A stretch of DNA of 64,000 nucleotides from a virus (Duplodnaviria > Heunggongvirae > Uroviricota > Caudoviricetes), in IMG/VR virus record IMGVR_UViG_3300032327_001521, one strand, 5' to 3'. Below the pieces are notes generated by a model. That model was not told the DNA's origin. It was given only the letters and a program-made list of their open reading frames with translations, and searched no databases. This document shows, piece after piece, positions 63,502 to 64,000 of this stretch. Position 1 is the stretch's first letter, and every line of letters begins with the position of its first letter. Position numbers and translations under genes: made by a program.

Positions 63502-64000
63502 CTATGGACCCGTTGTAGTAGTGGTAGTAGTTGACGTTGTAGTAGTTGTTCTCGGTACCCTAGGCGCAACAGTAGTGGTTGTCGTTGTACTTGTTGTTGT
63601 AGTAGTCGGCACTGCCGTTGTAGTGGTAGTTGTGCTAGTTGATGTGGTTGTGGTTGTTGCACCTGGCTCAAGAGTGGTAGTTGTGGTGCTTGTAGTGGTT
63701 GTACCAAGCGGCATATTAACTGTATAGCTGCAACCATTTGGCCTAGTGAATGTATAGGTACCAACCGCATTTGGAATGCTAGAGAAAGTAGGTAGGTTAA
63801 CATCAAATGTCCAACCCAGGTTTATTTGATATCCCAACATGCCAGTGAGGCTATACACGGTACCATTATGGTCAAACTCAACCTCGTATGGACCTGATGG
63901 TGTTCCATAAAAAGTCACAGATGCCGGATAGACTCCATTGCTTGGCGAATACAGAATATTGTTAGGTGCACAAGTTGTTGTAGTTGTTGTAGTTGGCCCG
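63502..64000 (-). CDS. Thr-rich (mucin-like linker) tail protein, 5'-truncated by window edge
   Basis: frame stays open through 64000 (..GPTTTTTTTCAPNNILYSPSNGVYPASV precedes the track's GTG Met); two TTTTTTTGP linkers. Confidence 0.45.
   Translation of the reverse strand, partial: GPTTTTTTTCAPNNILYSPSNGVYPASVTFYGTPSGPYEVEFDHNGTVYSLTGMLGYQINLGWTFDVNLPTFSSIPNAVGTYTFTRPNGCSYTVNMPLGTTTTSTTTTTLEPGATTTTTSTSTTTTTTAVPTTTTTSTTTTTTVAPRVPRTTTTTSTTTTTTTGP

Overview
This window reads as a large tailed dsDNA phage genome segment with a T4 gp17-type large terminase. Almost all genes are on the minus strand, and AT-rich usage plus GTG/TTG starts make several track start sites doubtful. The host is probably a Bacteroidetes/Flavobacteriia member, based on a Bacteroidetes-type ribosomal protein S21, a DUF3127-type SSB and the tmRNA; this is inferred from motifs I recognise, not from any search. 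Reading from the low end: (1) an SPFH/Hsp20 proteostasis pair with an operator-like palindrome array; (2) a PD-(D/E)XK nuclease and an M15 endolysin; (3) a nucleotide-metabolism/DNA-repair block holding a ThyA-family enzyme with insertions, a zincless Fpg/Nei glycosylase, UvdE with a translationally coupled Cys-rich partner, a DnaQ-like exonuclease, SSB, a guanylate-kinase-like kinase and an ATP-dependent DNA ligase; (4) a lone plus-strand YheC/D-type ATP-grasp gene; (5) NUDIX and phage-encoded ribosomal protein S21; (6) a long structural/assembly region with a flavodoxin-like/FkbM-methyltransferase/putative-glycosyltransferase cluster, a membrane-protein cassette, a phage sigma factor, PhoH and TerL; (7) a bona fide tmRNA (ssrA) with G3:U70, T-arm, CCA and terminator, followed by a Pol-beta-type nucleotidyltransferase; (8) a two-domain GT4+GT9-like glycosyltransferase; (9) a tail-fibre locus with a 943-aa and a 2020-aa collagen-like fibre, a DUF285-repeat solenoid protein, a shared N-terminal fibre module and Thr-rich mucin-like linkers. 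A recurring TAAATAAATA-like motif sits upstream of many structural genes. The least-described candidate system, in my view, is a phage translation-manipulation set (S21 + tmRNA + adjacent nucleotidyltransferase + ATP-grasp) combined with an apparent virion-glycosylation toolkit (several glycosyltransferases, an FkbM methyltransferase and poly-Thr linkers in the fibres). Both are hypotheses built from motif recognition only.
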